This document shows positions 21,044 through 30,598 of a stretch of 64,000 nt of DNA, piece after piece. The DNA is from Nitrospinales bacterium (GTDB lineage Bacteria; Nitrospinota; Nitrospinia; Nitrospinales; VA-1), in the NCBI GenBank assembly GCA_965262115.1, contig OZ253496.1:448001-512000 (forward strand), read 5' to 3'. The notes under the pieces are model-generated. The model did not search any database and was not told the DNA's origin. It was given only the letters and a program-made list of their open reading frames with translations. The position numbers and the translations under genes are program-made. Every line of letters starts with the position of its first letter. Positions within the stretch are counted from its first letter, which is position 1.

Positions 21044-21775
21044 TTGAATTTTTTATCCGCCATTGGTTTTTTAACCACGATACCCATACCTGCCTGGGCG
21101 ATCCGCAGCGATGGCAGGCAGGTTCTATACTTTCCTCTGGTCGGCCTGTTCATAGGGTGCCTGCTCTGTGGTGTAGACCAACTGCTGAATCTGGCAGATT
21201 ACTCTGAACTTCGTATAATCGGAGATGTGTTATTTTTAGCCGTTATATCCGGCGCCTTGCATTTGGATGGATTGGCCGATACCGCAGACGGTTTTTTCTC
21301 CCACCGGCCCAGGGAACAAATACTGCAAATCATGAAGGATTCCCGCATCGGAGTAATGGGAGTCCTGGCGCTGTTGTTTTGCATTCTCTTGAAACTCGCA
21401 GGAGTGGCTGGGATAATCCATTCAGAATCATTAATATGGCTGGTCCTGGCACCGGCTCTGGGCCGAACCGCTCAAGTCATGGGGCTGGTTTTAGTTGGCC
21501 ATGTGCCCTCAGAAAAGACGCTGGCGGAACAATTTTATCAGCGGGGAAGCCTTTTTCTTTTAATTTTTTGTCCGCTCCCCTTCGCAATCTTGTTTTATAT
21601 AAACTGGGCCTTGGCCTTGGCAAGCCTAATCATATTTGCCATTCTACTCGCTGGCTTGCTATTATTTTTTAAAAACAAAATTGGGGGCATTACAGGAGAC
21701 ACTCTTGGTGCCGCAACAGAAATTATAGAAACCGTATTTTTATTAATCGGTGGAATGGGCGCTTCGATATTTTAA
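21044..21775 (+). CDS. cobS: Adenosylcobinamide-GDP ribazoletransferase (cobalamin synthase)
   Basis: GALHLDGLADTADG, IMKDSRIG, GGITGDTLGA. Confidence 0.95.
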   Translation: MNFLSAIGFLTTIPIPAWAIRSDGRQVLYFPLVGLFIGCLLCGVDQLLNLADYSELRIIGDVLFLAVISGALHLDGLADTADGFFSHRPREQILQIMKDSRIGVMGVLALLFCILLKLAGVAGIIHSESLIWLVLAPALGRTAQVMGLVLVGHVPSEKTLAEQFYQRGSLFLLIFCPLPFAILFYINWALALASLIIFAILLAGLLLFFKNKIGGITGDTLGAATEIIETVFLLIGGMGASIF

Positions 21776-21804
21776 GAAGACCATTACTAATACAGGATGA
21801 TTTT

Positions 21805-23064
21805 ATGTCTGGAAAAACTATTTTGGTCACAGGTGGAAGCCGGAGTGGTAAAAGCCGTCATGCTCTCCAATTAACCAAGAATATTAATGCCGCGAAAATA
21901 TTTTTGGCCACCGCAGAGCCTCTCGACGACGAAATGGCTGAAAGAATCAAAAAACACCAGGATGAGCGCGGCAAGGAATGGACCACTATTGAAGAACCTC
22001 TTGATCCAGCAAGTGTATTAAGGGATAAAGGAAACCAGCCCGGTTTCATAATTCTCGACTGCGTCACTTTATGGTTGAGTAATATGGTCATGAAAAACAT
22101 GGCGCGGCAAACCATACTGGAACGGGTCCATGAATTTATCAGCGTATGCAAAAACTGCACGAGCCATATCATTGTCATCACCAATGAGCTGGGTTCAGGA
22201 ATTGTTCCTCTTGAACCTTCTGCAAGAGCATTTCGCGATATCGCAGGCGAAACCAACCAAATTCTCGCATCTGAATTCGATGAAGTGATCAGCATGGTGT
22301 CAGGAATTCCCGTCACTATAAAAACATCCAAAAAAACCCGCGGCACAGACCAAGCCAAGGATAAGAACCCTGAGCATGAGTTTTCGCCAGGAAAAAAGCA
22401 GGGACTCTATGAGGCCATATACAAGCGCCGCGATGTGCGCCACTTCATCCCCAAACCAGTTGATCCTGAAAAATTGGGCCGGGTTTTAGATGCAGCCCAT
22501 CACGCCGGTTCCGTAGGATATATGCAACCTTGGAATTTTCTGGTGATCACCGATCCAGAAGTAAAAAACAAAATCGTCCTGAACTTTAAGACTGCCAATG
22601 AAGAGGCAGCACAAAAATTCAGTGGCGACCAACAAAAACTTTACAACTCCCTCAAGCTGGAAGGCATCCAGGATGCCGCAGTCAATATTTGTGTGACCTG
22701 CGACCGCACACGTTTTGGACCCAATGTTTTGGGAAGAAATACGGTTTTTGAAACAGACCTTTTCAGTACCTGTTGTGCAGTGCAAAACCTCTGGCTTGCA
22801 GCCCGTGCAGAAGGGCTCGCGGTAGGCTGGGTGAGCATTTTATCCAATGACCAGTTAAAGGAAGATTTAGATATTCCCGATCATATTCAGCCGGTGGCTT
22901 ATTTATGCGTCGGCCATACTGAGTCATTTTACCCCAAACCCATGCTGGAAACAGCAGGTTGGGCCCAGCGACTGCCTGTTGAAAAATTGATTTACTATAA
23001 TAAATGGCAGGGACCATCTACAGACTTTAAGGTTCATTTTCCTGACCCTACAAAAAATGATTGA
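21805..23064 (+). CDS. cobU-bluB: Fusion of CobU/CobP adenosylcobinamide kinase/guanylyltransferase and BluB 5,6-dimethylbenzimidazole synthase
   Basis: N-half: GGSRSGKS, EMAERIKKHQ.ER, DCVTLW, NELGSGIVP. C-half: RRDVRHF, HAGSVGYMQPW, LKLEGI, LGRNT, QNLWLAARAEGL.VGWVSI. Single ORF. Confidence 0.92.
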   Translation: MSGKTILVTGGSRSGKSRHALQLTKNINAAKIFLATAEPLDDEMAERIKKHQDERGKEWTTIEEPLDPASVLRDKGNQPGFIILDCVTLWLSNMVMKNMARQTILERVHEFISVCKNCTSHIIVITNELGSGIVPLEPSARAFRDIAGETNQILASEFDEVISMVSGIPVTIKTSKKTRGTDQAKDKNPEHEFSPGKKQGLYEAIYKRRDVRHFIPKPVDPEKLGRVLDAAHHAGSVGYMQPWNFLVITDPEVKNKIVLNFKTANEEAAQKFSGDQQKLYNSLKLEGIQDAAVNICVTCDRTRFGPNVLGRNTVFETDLFSTCCAVQNLWLAARAEGLAVGWVSILSNDQLKEDLDIPDHIQPVAYLCVGHTESFYPKPMLETAGWAQRLPVEKLIYYNKWQGPSTDFKVHFPDPTKND

Positions 23065-24193
23065 AAATAAAAAGCCAGAAAAATTACAAGTGCCGAATTT
23101 CGCCTACCCCGCGCACGGTGGAGACCCGCGCACTATGGCTCAAATTGCCGGGATTGACCCGGACAAGCTCATTGATTTCAGCGCCAGCATTAACCCTATA
23201 TCCCCTCCCGGTTGCGTGTCACAATTATTACTGGAAACACCACGACTCTTGAGAGAGTATCCGGACCCCCACTGCTCCATAATTACAAAAAATATTTCTG
23301 CAGCCACAGGAGCCCCTGAAGACTGGATCCGTGTGACCAATGGTTCCACCGAAATGATTTATCTCCTGCCCCATTTGCTCAATAAAGGGCAGGAGGTTGC
23401 CATCCTTGACCCGTGTTTCTCAGAATATGATAAAGCGTTTACGGCATTTGGCGTTCAGCCCCGTTCGGTTCCATTAAAAGCCGAAACAGGATTTCAAGCC
23501 GATCCTTCCCTGCTATTTTCTCAACTAGATAGCATCCAGCAACTCGGGGCCATTGTTTTTGGAAATCCTACTAGTCCTACAGGAAAACTCTATAGTGACT
23601 TCCTGCCTCATCTGCAGGGATATTGCAAGGAGCGTAATGTTATTTTAATCATTGATGAAGCTTTTATCGATTTTTCTTCTCCCGATAACTCTGCCTGGAA
23701 TTTGTTGAAGAAGAACTCAAACCTGATTCTGATTCGATCCCTGACCAAGTTTTACTCTCTTCCTGGACTTAGAATTGGTTACGGAATCCTGCATCCGAAA
23801 AAAATCCTAAAAATTGCTCCCCATCAATACCCCTGGTCGGTGAACGCTTTGGCCCAGGCCGTTGGCGCTGAAGTCATTTCAGATAGATCTTTCCAGGAAA
23901 AGACGCGTGATTGGACCCTCCGTGAAAGAAGTTTCATGTTTCAGGCATTAACCTCTATCCGCCAAATCGAAATTTTTCCTTCCGATGCCAACTTTTTCTT
24001 AATCCGCATTCGAGGCAATGGCGCGCCTGCCGGTCTATATCAACATTTATTATCTCAGTCTCTCCTGATAAGAAACTGTGGTAATTTCAAGGGGCTTGAC
24101 GAAAGTTTTTTTCGGATTTCATTAAGAGAGCGGGAAGAAAACCAGAAACTGGTGGATTCAATTTCTGAGTATTTCTCATCCTGCAAGACTTAA
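23057..24193 (+). CDS. cobD: L-threonine-O-3-phosphate decarboxylase
   Basis: HGG, DFSASINP, YPDP, DEAFIDF, RSLTKFYSLPGLRIGY; located in the cob operon. Confidence 0.9.
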   Translation: MIENKKPEKLQVPNFAYPAHGGDPRTMAQIAGIDPDKLIDFSASINPISPPGCVSQLLLETPRLLREYPDPHCSIITKNISAATGAPEDWIRVTNGSTEMIYLLPHLLNKGQEVAILDPCFSEYDKAFTAFGVQPRSVPLKAETGFQADPSLLFSQLDSIQQLGAIVFGNPTSPTGKLYSDFLPHLQGYCKERNVILIIDEAFIDFSSPDNSAWNLLKKNSNLILIRSLTKFYSLPGLRIGYGILHPKKILKIAPHQYPWSVNALAQAVGAEVISDRSFQEKTRDWTLRERSFMFQALTSIRQIEIFPSDANFFLIRIRGNGAPAGLYQHLLSQSLLIRNCGNFKGLDESFFRISLREREENQKLVDSISEYFSSCKT

Positions 24194-24197
24194 AAAA

Positions 24198-25148
24198 ATG
24201 AGCCTGACGTTTCAAATCGTCATCGCTTTCATCGCCGACCTGATACTTGGAGATCCTAAAGGCTATCCTCATCCAGTAAAAGTCATCGCGCGCCTGGCCC
24301 ATAGTATCGAAGAGGTTTCCCGTAAATTTTTGTCCAGCCCAAAATTGGCTGGGATCATCACAGTCCTTACCGTTATCGCAGCCTCTTTTTTAACAGTATG
24401 GCTAATTATTCGCGGATTGAACTATATTCATCCATGGCTGGGTTTGACCGCTTCGATTTTTTTCATTTATACCACCCTGTCCGTTCGAAGCCTCTTTGAA
24501 GAAAGCCGCCCAGTATTGCAATACCTTAAGGAAGCCAATCTCATTAAGGCCCGGGAAAGCCTGTCAAATATTGTCGGCCGCGACACCGCCCATCTAGAGG
24601 AACACGAAATCGTAAGAGCCACTGTGGAAACGGTTGCTGAAAGTACTGTAGATGGAATCATCGCCCCTTTATTTTTCGCTGTGCTAGGTGGAGCTCCATT
24701 GGCGATCACTTACAAGGCCATCAATACCATGGATTCGTTATTTGGCTATAAAAATGAAACTTACCGGGACTTTGGTTGGGCTCCTGCCCGTCTCGATGAT
24801 CTGGCGAACTGGTTTCCAGCAAGACTGGCATTACCTATCATTGCTGTAGGTGCAGGCTTTTGCGGGTTGAGTGGCAAGAACTCAATGGCGGTAGCGATTC
24901 GAGATGGCTCCAAGCACACCAGTCCCAATTCCGGGTTTCCCGAGGCGGCTATGGCAGGGGCCCTGGGCATCCGTCTTGGAGGAACCAATTTTTATTCGGG
25001 GAAATTAAATGAAAAACCGTTCATCGGAGACAATTTGCGGGAACCGGAATTATCCGACATCACTCAAAGCCATAAAATCATGTTTACAACGTCAATGTTG
25101 GCATTGATGGTGGTGATTATGGTTGAAATGTTTCATAAACTTTTTTAG
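24198..25148 (+). CDS. cbiB: Adenosylcobinamide-phosphate synthase
   Basis: GDP..PHPV, IVGRDT, ETVAESTVDG, YKAINTMDS, SPNSGFPEAAMAGALG. Confidence 0.95.
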   Translation: MSLTFQIVIAFIADLILGDPKGYPHPVKVIARLAHSIEEVSRKFLSSPKLAGIITVLTVIAASFLTVWLIIRGLNYIHPWLGLTASIFFIYTTLSVRSLFEESRPVLQYLKEANLIKARESLSNIVGRDTAHLEEHEIVRATVETVAESTVDGIIAPLFFAVLGGAPLAITYKAINTMDSLFGYKNETYRDFGWAPARLDDLANWFPARLALPIIAVGAGFCGLSGKNSMAVAIRDGSKHTSPNSGFPEAAMAGALGIRLGGTNFYSGKLNEKPFIGDNLREPELSDITQSHKIMFTTSMLALMVVIMVEMFHKLF

Positions 25149-25206
25149 CGTAAAAAAATGCTATTCGATTAGATTTAAACCTTCTATTTCCTTTATACTA
25201 GTGGTC

Positions 25207-25946
25207 ATGACAACGACCCGACTGAAAAAAAATACTTTTTTGCCGGATTCCTCTTTTTCACCCTGACTTCGCTTGCGGAAGCCGTGGTGATCCCGGTGGA
25301 TAGCAATTCCGATGGCAAGCTGGACCAATGGCAGCATAAATCGGAGGACGGCCATCTGCTGAAAATTGAATACGATAAAAACGGGGATAAGAAGATCGAT
25401 CAAATTGATATTTTTAAGGGTAATGCAAAACCTATTCGCGTTGAACTGGACCGCAATTTAGACGGAACCCTGGATCAGGTTCAGCATTACTCCAAAGACT
25501 TTATCCTTGAGTATGTTGAGAAGGACTCCAAATATTCTGGACTGATGGACTGGCGTGAAGTATATGGCCCGAACAATAAAGTGACGCGTCTGGAGACCGA
25601 CGAAAACCAGAACGGTAAAATGGATGTCTTTCAATATTTTTCTGAAGATGGGTACATGGAGCGCGTGGAGTATGACACTTCCCATGACGGACAAATTGAC
25701 CGACGGGAAACTTTCGGGGCCAATGAGGCCCTGAAATCGGTCCGCTTCGATACCAACCAGGACGGAAATCCGGACCAGTGGCAATATTTCAAAAATTCCA
25801 CGCAATTACAAAAAGTGGCCCACGATACCAATTTTGATGGCAAGCCAAATAGTTGGGAATATTTTGACGATTCCGGAATATTGGAGCGTGTCGAAATAGA
25901 CGATAACTATGACGGTAAACTGTACATAATTAAAAGGAGACCATAA
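25207..25946 (+). CDS. Secreted protein with tandem DxNxDGxxD repeats; signal peptide out of frame at an A8 run
   Basis: ORF 25284-25946 carries repeats DSNSDGKLD, DKNGDKKID, DRNLDGTLD and others. ATG 25207 joins a signal peptide only if A8 at 25225-25232 becomes A9. Confidence 0.7.
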
Positions 25947-25955
25947 TTCCCGCCC

Positions 25956-26348
25956 ATGAAACAACTCCCTATTCTTATATCTCTCTCTGTTATTTTTACT
26001 TTTTCATGCACTCCGAAACCCACACTGGAAGTGCCGGAACCTTATAAAAAGGGGCAAGAGTATTTTCATAGAGTCTGCTCCAATTGCCACGGCCCAGATG
26101 CGATGGGCAAACATACTCAGGCTCCCAGGCTTATTGATGAGGAATACCTCACTGATAATTTCTCCGATGCAGATATCAACGAGATCGTGCTGAATGGCAC
26201 CGATAAAATGCCTCCACAAAAAAAGAATGTGACGCCTGAGGAAATCAACGAAATCATCAAATACCTGCGTTATTCGCAAAAAGCCGCAGGACTCGAACCG
26301 GAAGAAGAGGATGAAGAGGAAGAAGAACACGCTGCTAATGAGAATTGA
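25956..26348 (+). CDS. Monoheme cytochrome c lipoprotein with acidic tail
   Basis: Lipobox-like FSC, CSNCH heme motif, distal MPP, C-terminal EEEDEEEEE. Confidence 0.88.
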   Translation: MKQLPILISLSVIFTFSCTPKPTLEVPEPYKKGQEYFHRVCSNCHGPDAMGKHTQAPRLIDEEYLTDNFSDADINEIVLNGTDKMPPQKKNVTPEEINEIIKYLRYSQKAAGLEPEEEDEEEEEHAANEN

Positions 26349-26373
26349 TGGTTTATCAAACAACGAGTGAGCC

Positions 26374-27438
26374 ATGCTTGATATTATTCGTGACACCATG
26401 AAATCGATAAAACCCGTTCCGCCACTTCGACTGAAGAACGCCCAAGCCCATCTTGATTCCCTCACAAAACCGCCGGAAAGCCTCGGCCTCCTGGAGGACC
26501 TGGCCAAAAAATATGCCGCTATCCGCGACACAGATCATCTTTCCATAGACAGAAAATCGGTCATTATATTTGCGGCAGATCATGGAGTCACTGATGAGGG
26601 CATCAGCGCTTATCCTGCTGAAGTCACTCCACAAATGGTTCAGAATTTTCTCGATGGAGGAGCCGCAATCAACGTTTTGGCAAGACAGCAGAACGCAGAA
26701 GTATTGGTGGTAGATATTGGCGTTAACCATCGGTTTGGCCCACATCCTGATTTGCTGGATAGAAAAATAGCCTTAGGAACCCGAAATCTGGCAAAAGAAC
26801 CCGCCATGACCCGAGCCGAGGCCGAGGAATCCATCACCATTGGTATTCAGATAGCGACAGAACTGGCTGATAAAGGTGTCGACCTTCTGGCTACCGGGGA
26901 GATGGGAATCGGCAATACCACAGCCAGTTCCGCGATATTTTCTGTATTGAGCGGACTTCCCTCAAGCCAGGTTACTGGTCGGGGAACAGGCATCGATGAC
27001 AAGACTCTGCAAAAAAAAATCTCTGTGATTCAGCAGGCGCTGGACAGGCATACTCCAGATCCGGAAGATCCCATAGACATTCTCGCCAAAGTGGGTGGCT
27101 TCGAGATTGGCGGAATTATCGGTCTTCTGCTAGGCGCCGCTGCAGAAAGTATTCCTGTCGTCATTGACGGCTTGATTGCCAGTGCCGGCGCATCCCTGGC
27201 CATCGTGCTGAATCCATCGGTAAAGGATTATATTTTCCCTTCTCATCGTTCAGTAGAGCCTGGGCAGGAGGTATTTTTTAATCTCATTCAGGCACCTCCC
27301 CTTTTTGATTTAAAAATGCGGTTGGGGGAAGGAACGGGTGCGGTACTGGCTTTTAGCCTAATAGAAGCTGCTGTAAAAATTTATTCTGAAATGGCCACTT
27401 TCCAAAGTGCCGGCATTTCAGACCGTGCCGAAGCCTAG
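26374..27438 (+). CDS. cobT: Nicotinate-nucleotide-dimethylbenzimidazole phosphoribosyltransferase
   Basis: LTKPPESLG.LE, AADHGV, GEMGIGNTT, GGFEI, MRLGEGTGA. Confidence 0.96.
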   Translation: MLDIIRDTMKSIKPVPPLRLKNAQAHLDSLTKPPESLGLLEDLAKKYAAIRDTDHLSIDRKSVIIFAADHGVTDEGISAYPAEVTPQMVQNFLDGGAAINVLARQQNAEVLVVDIGVNHRFGPHPDLLDRKIALGTRNLAKEPAMTRAEAEESITIGIQIATELADKGVDLLATGEMGIGNTTASSAIFSVLSGLPSSQVTGRGTGIDDKTLQKKISVIQQALDRHTPDPEDPIDILAKVGGFEIGGIIGLLLGAAAESIPVVIDGLIASAGASLAIVLNPSVKDYIFPSHRSVEPGQEVFFNLIQAPPLFDLKMRLGEGTGAVLAFSLIEAAVKIYSEMATFQSAGISDRAEA

Positions 27439-27496
27439 CAATTTATCAGATTCCCTTTCCTGGTTTTCAAGCTGCGAAAAAATGGTTTTGAACGGC

Positions 27497-27525
27497 TTGA
27501 CAGGGGTCATATTTTTGGCTAGATT
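27497..27525 (+). promoter_or_regulatory. Putative sigma70 promoter of dapL
   Basis: TTGACA-N17-TAGATT. Confidence 0.6.
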
Positions 27526-27580
27526 GAGCCCTTCTTTTAAACCTTAATTAAATTTTCTTCATTATAATTTGGAGTTTCGG

Positions 27581-28819
27581 ATGTCAGATGAAAGCTATAT
27601 TCAATCCCTCTTTGCAGACCGCTTAGGTGGCAGCCAGTTTGGGAAAGATACCAAGATTTATAAATTTGAAAAAATAAAAAGAGCAAAACGCGCGGCACAG
27701 GATGCAAATCCAGGAAAAATATTATTCGATATGGGAGTAGGAGAGCCGGACGAAATGGCCGATCCCGGTGTTATAAAAACCCTGCAACTGGAAGCAGAGA
27801 AACCGGAAAACCGAGGCTACACCGATAACGGTATCGAAGAATTCAAAATCGCCGCCTGCAAATATATGAAAGATGTTTTTGGCGTCAAAGGGCTGGAACC
27901 GGGAAAGCATGTCAACCATACAATTGGCTCCAAACCTGGTCTGGCAATGGCCCCGGCAATCTTTATTAATCCCGGGGATATCACCCTGATGACCGTTCCC
28001 GGTTATCCTGTTATGGGGACCCACACCCAGTATCTGGGAGGAGAAGTTGTAAACCTTCCTCTTACAGAGACCAATCATTTTCTTCCCGACTTAAAAAGCA
28101 TCGATTCGGCCACCCTTAAAAAGGCTAAAATTTTGTATTTGAACTACCCCAATAACCCGACAGGCGCAAACGCCACTCGTGAATTTTATGAAGAAGCCAT
28201 TGAGTTTGCCAAACAAAATAATATTATCATCATCCAGGATGCGGCCTATGCAGCCCTGACCTATTCCGGAAAACGCGAAAGCTTTCTTTCGGTACCCAGA
28301 GCCATGGATGTCGGTGTTGAGTTTCACTCCCTTTCCAAAGCGTATAATATGACAGGATGTCGCATCGCCTTTATTGTCGGCAATGAACTCATTGTCAAAG
28401 GCCTTTCCCATGTTAAAGATAATGTCGACTCTGGCCAGTTCGCGGGCATCCAAAAAGCAGGAATCTATGCCTTGGAACACCCGGACATCACAGACCGAAC
28501 CGTGGCCAAGTACAAGCGCCGACTAACCATGCTGGTTGAAATCCTAAACTCAGTCGGGTTCAAGGCAAAGATGCCCGGAGGCTCGTTTTTTCTCTATGTC
28601 GGCGCACCTAAGGGAATCAAAGGTGGGCGTCGGTTTGCCAATGGTGAAGAGTTTTCCCAGTTCCTGATTACTGAAATGTTGATTTCAACAGTTCCCTGGG
28701 ACGATGTCGGTCATTACGTTCGGTTTTCAGCAACCTTTGCGGCCAAAGGTGAAGAGGAGGAAACCCGAATCATGAAAGAAATCAAAGAACGCCTTTCCGC
28801 TGTCGAGTTTGAATTCTAG
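27581..28819 (+). CDS. dapL: LL-diaminopimelate aminotransferase
   Basis: DMGVGEPD, IGSKPGL, LNYPNNPTGA, DAAY, EFHSLSKAYNMTG. Confidence 0.85.
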   Translation: MSDESYIQSLFADRLGGSQFGKDTKIYKFEKIKRAKRAAQDANPGKILFDMGVGEPDEMADPGVIKTLQLEAEKPENRGYTDNGIEEFKIAACKYMKDVFGVKGLEPGKHVNHTIGSKPGLAMAPAIFINPGDITLMTVPGYPVMGTHTQYLGGEVVNLPLTETNHFLPDLKSIDSATLKKAKILYLNYPNNPTGANATREFYEEAIEFAKQNNIIIIQDAAYAALTYSGKRESFLSVPRAMDVGVEFHSLSKAYNMTGCRIAFIVGNELIVKGLSHVKDNVDSGQFAGIQKAGIYALEHPDITDRTVAKYKRRLTMLVEILNSVGFKAKMPGGSFFLYVGAPKGIKGGRRFANGEEFSQFLITEMLISTVPWDDVGHYVRFSATFAAKGEEEETRIMKEIKERLSAVEFEF

Positions 28820-28918
28820 TGGAGTACCTCCACAGGTAATGAGCAAGTTCCTTTACTTGAGAGCAAAATTTATTGCCCATTACCACCGGGCGTTGCCCGG
28901 CCATGGCTAGTGGTTTTT

Positions 28919-29416
28919 ATGAAATATAAAGCCTTCATTGGAATCGGTTCAAATTTAGGGGTCCCGGCTGAAAACTGCGAGAAAGCGATTTGCCTTCTCA
29001 GTGCCTCACCGGGAATTGAAGTCGTAGCTCGGTCCAGCCTCTACGAGTCAGAACCCGTTGGTAAAACCGACCAAAACTGGTTTGTCAATACTGCTGTTGC
29101 CATACAAACTTCTCTGGCCCCGGAAGCATTGCTCGACGCAATTTTTGAAATTGAAAAGGCTTTCGGAAGGGAACGGCGAGAAAAATGGGGCCCGAGAATT
29201 ATCGACTTGGATTTACTGGCTTATGAGGACCGCGTGCTTCACTCTGAAGCTCTCACACTCCCCCACCCGGAAATGACAAAAAGGCGCTTTGTCCTTTTAC
29301 CGCTCAGCGAATTTGCCGGAGATTATTTGCATCCGATAGAAAATAAAACCATCCACAGACTTTTAAAAGAACTTCCGGAAATTCCTCAGGTCAGGAAAAT
29401 ACCATCGACTTCATAA
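28919..29416 (+). CDS. folK: 2-amino-4-hydroxy-6-hydroxymethyldihydropteridine diphosphokinase
   Basis: IGIGSNLG, KWGPRIIDLDLL, LPHP, RRFVLLPL. Confidence 0.96.
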   Translation: MKYKAFIGIGSNLGVPAENCEKAICLLSASPGIEVVARSSLYESEPVGKTDQNWFVNTAVAIQTSLAPEALLDAIFEIEKAFGRERREKWGPRIIDLDLLAYEDRVLHSEALTLPHPEMTKRRFVLLPLSEFAGDYLHPIENKTIHRLLKELPEIPQVRKIPSTS

Positions 29417-30598
29417 ATCATCCACTTTAATGATTTCCATCCGGGCAAGAGCGTTATCGCTTAACTCCTGCCAGGGGATTTTTTCCTCATCCCTTTCCAG
29501 AAAAGGAATCTTGCTCCGGGTGACGGGATTTTTGGGCATAAAAACTGAACAACAATCAGGCTGTGGCTCAATACTGACTTCATAGGTTCCAATTTCTTTT
29601 GCCCTCGTGATGATACTTTCTTTATTCATACCGATTAAGGGTCGAAATACATTTAAGGAAGTGACGCAAGAAACGGCGGCGAGATTCTCCAAGGTCTGTG
29701 AGGCCACCTGCCCCAGCGATTCACCGGTGACCAATGCCATGCACCCCTTACTACTAGCAATTTTCCCCGCAATGCGATACATCATCCGCCGATAAAGAAC
29801 GATCCTGTTTTCCTCATTGCAATGATCTCGGATGGCCCCCTGCATCTCCTCGAAGGGAACCACATACAGGCTTGCTCTCGCCTGAAAACGATTGATCTTT
29901 TTTGCAAGGCTTAAAACCTTGTCATACCCTCCCCTGCCAAGAAAAGGTTGGTTATCAAAAAATACAAAATGAACCCGGCACCCCCTGCATGCCATCATGA
30001 AAGCGGAAACAGGGCTGTCAATCCCACCCGATAGGAGGCAAAGTACATTCCCGGAACTGCCGACAGGGAGCCCACATAGTCCCCGCTCACGATTATCAAA
30101 GACTACCGTTTCTGAACGTCCAATTTCTATTTCAAGAACATATTCCGCCTCAGTAATATTTACCGTTAATCCCCTTGCGCTTAATTGTTTCATGATACGC
30201 GATCCCACCTCAAAGTTTACTTCGGGTGAGGTTTTGGGAAATGACTTTTCGGAACGCCGGGTCCTGACGCAAAACTTCAGGGAATCTGTGGACTCCAATT
30301 TAGGTTCAATCCATTGAATCCCTAAAGCGGCCACCGCATCGAAATTAGGACTCATTGAAATACCAATACTGAACGAGGCAATACCAGGAACGGTCTTCAG
30401 TCTGACCGAACATTCTGGGGCAAAACCTAAAGGGATATCCAAAAAAATCCTGCCCCGGGGTGAACTATAATGAACATCATCTGTGCCCGAAAGCACACGT
30501 TTGATATTTCTACGGAGATATTTTTCAAAGAACTTCCTGTTTCGTCCTTTGAGTCCGATTTCGTCATAACGGATTAAGACTGTTCTTCTTTCCGTCAT
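29411..30598 (-). CDS. thiI: tRNA 4-thiouridine synthase
   Basis: EIGLKGRNR, THUMP domain, LSGGIDSPV, GESLGQVASQT, DCC. Confidence 0.95.
   Translation of the reverse strand: MTERRTVLIRYDEIGLKGRNRKFFEKYLRRNIKRVLSGTDDVHYSSPRGRIFLDIPLGFAPECSVRLKTVPGIASFSIGISMSPNFDAVAALGIQWIEPKLESTDSLKFCVRTRRSEKSFPKTSPEVNFEVGSRIMKQLSARGLTVNITEAEYVLEIEIGRSETVVFDNRERGLCGLPVGSSGNVLCLLSGGIDSPVSAFMMACRGCRVHFVFFDNQPFLGRGGYDKVLSLAKKINRFQARASLYVVPFEEMQGAIRDHCNEENRIVLYRRMMYRIAGKIASSKGCMALVTGESLGQVASQTLENLAAVSCVTSLNVFRPLIGMNKESIITRAKEIGTYEVSIEPQPDCCSVFMPKNPVTRSKIPFLERDEEKIPWQELSDNALARMEIIKVDDL

Noticed and set aside
25284..25946. Periodic sequence as a possible CRISPR or DNA repeat array
   Set aside because: Periodicity is at protein level with degenerate codons; no identical repeats with spacers and no cas genes seen in the window
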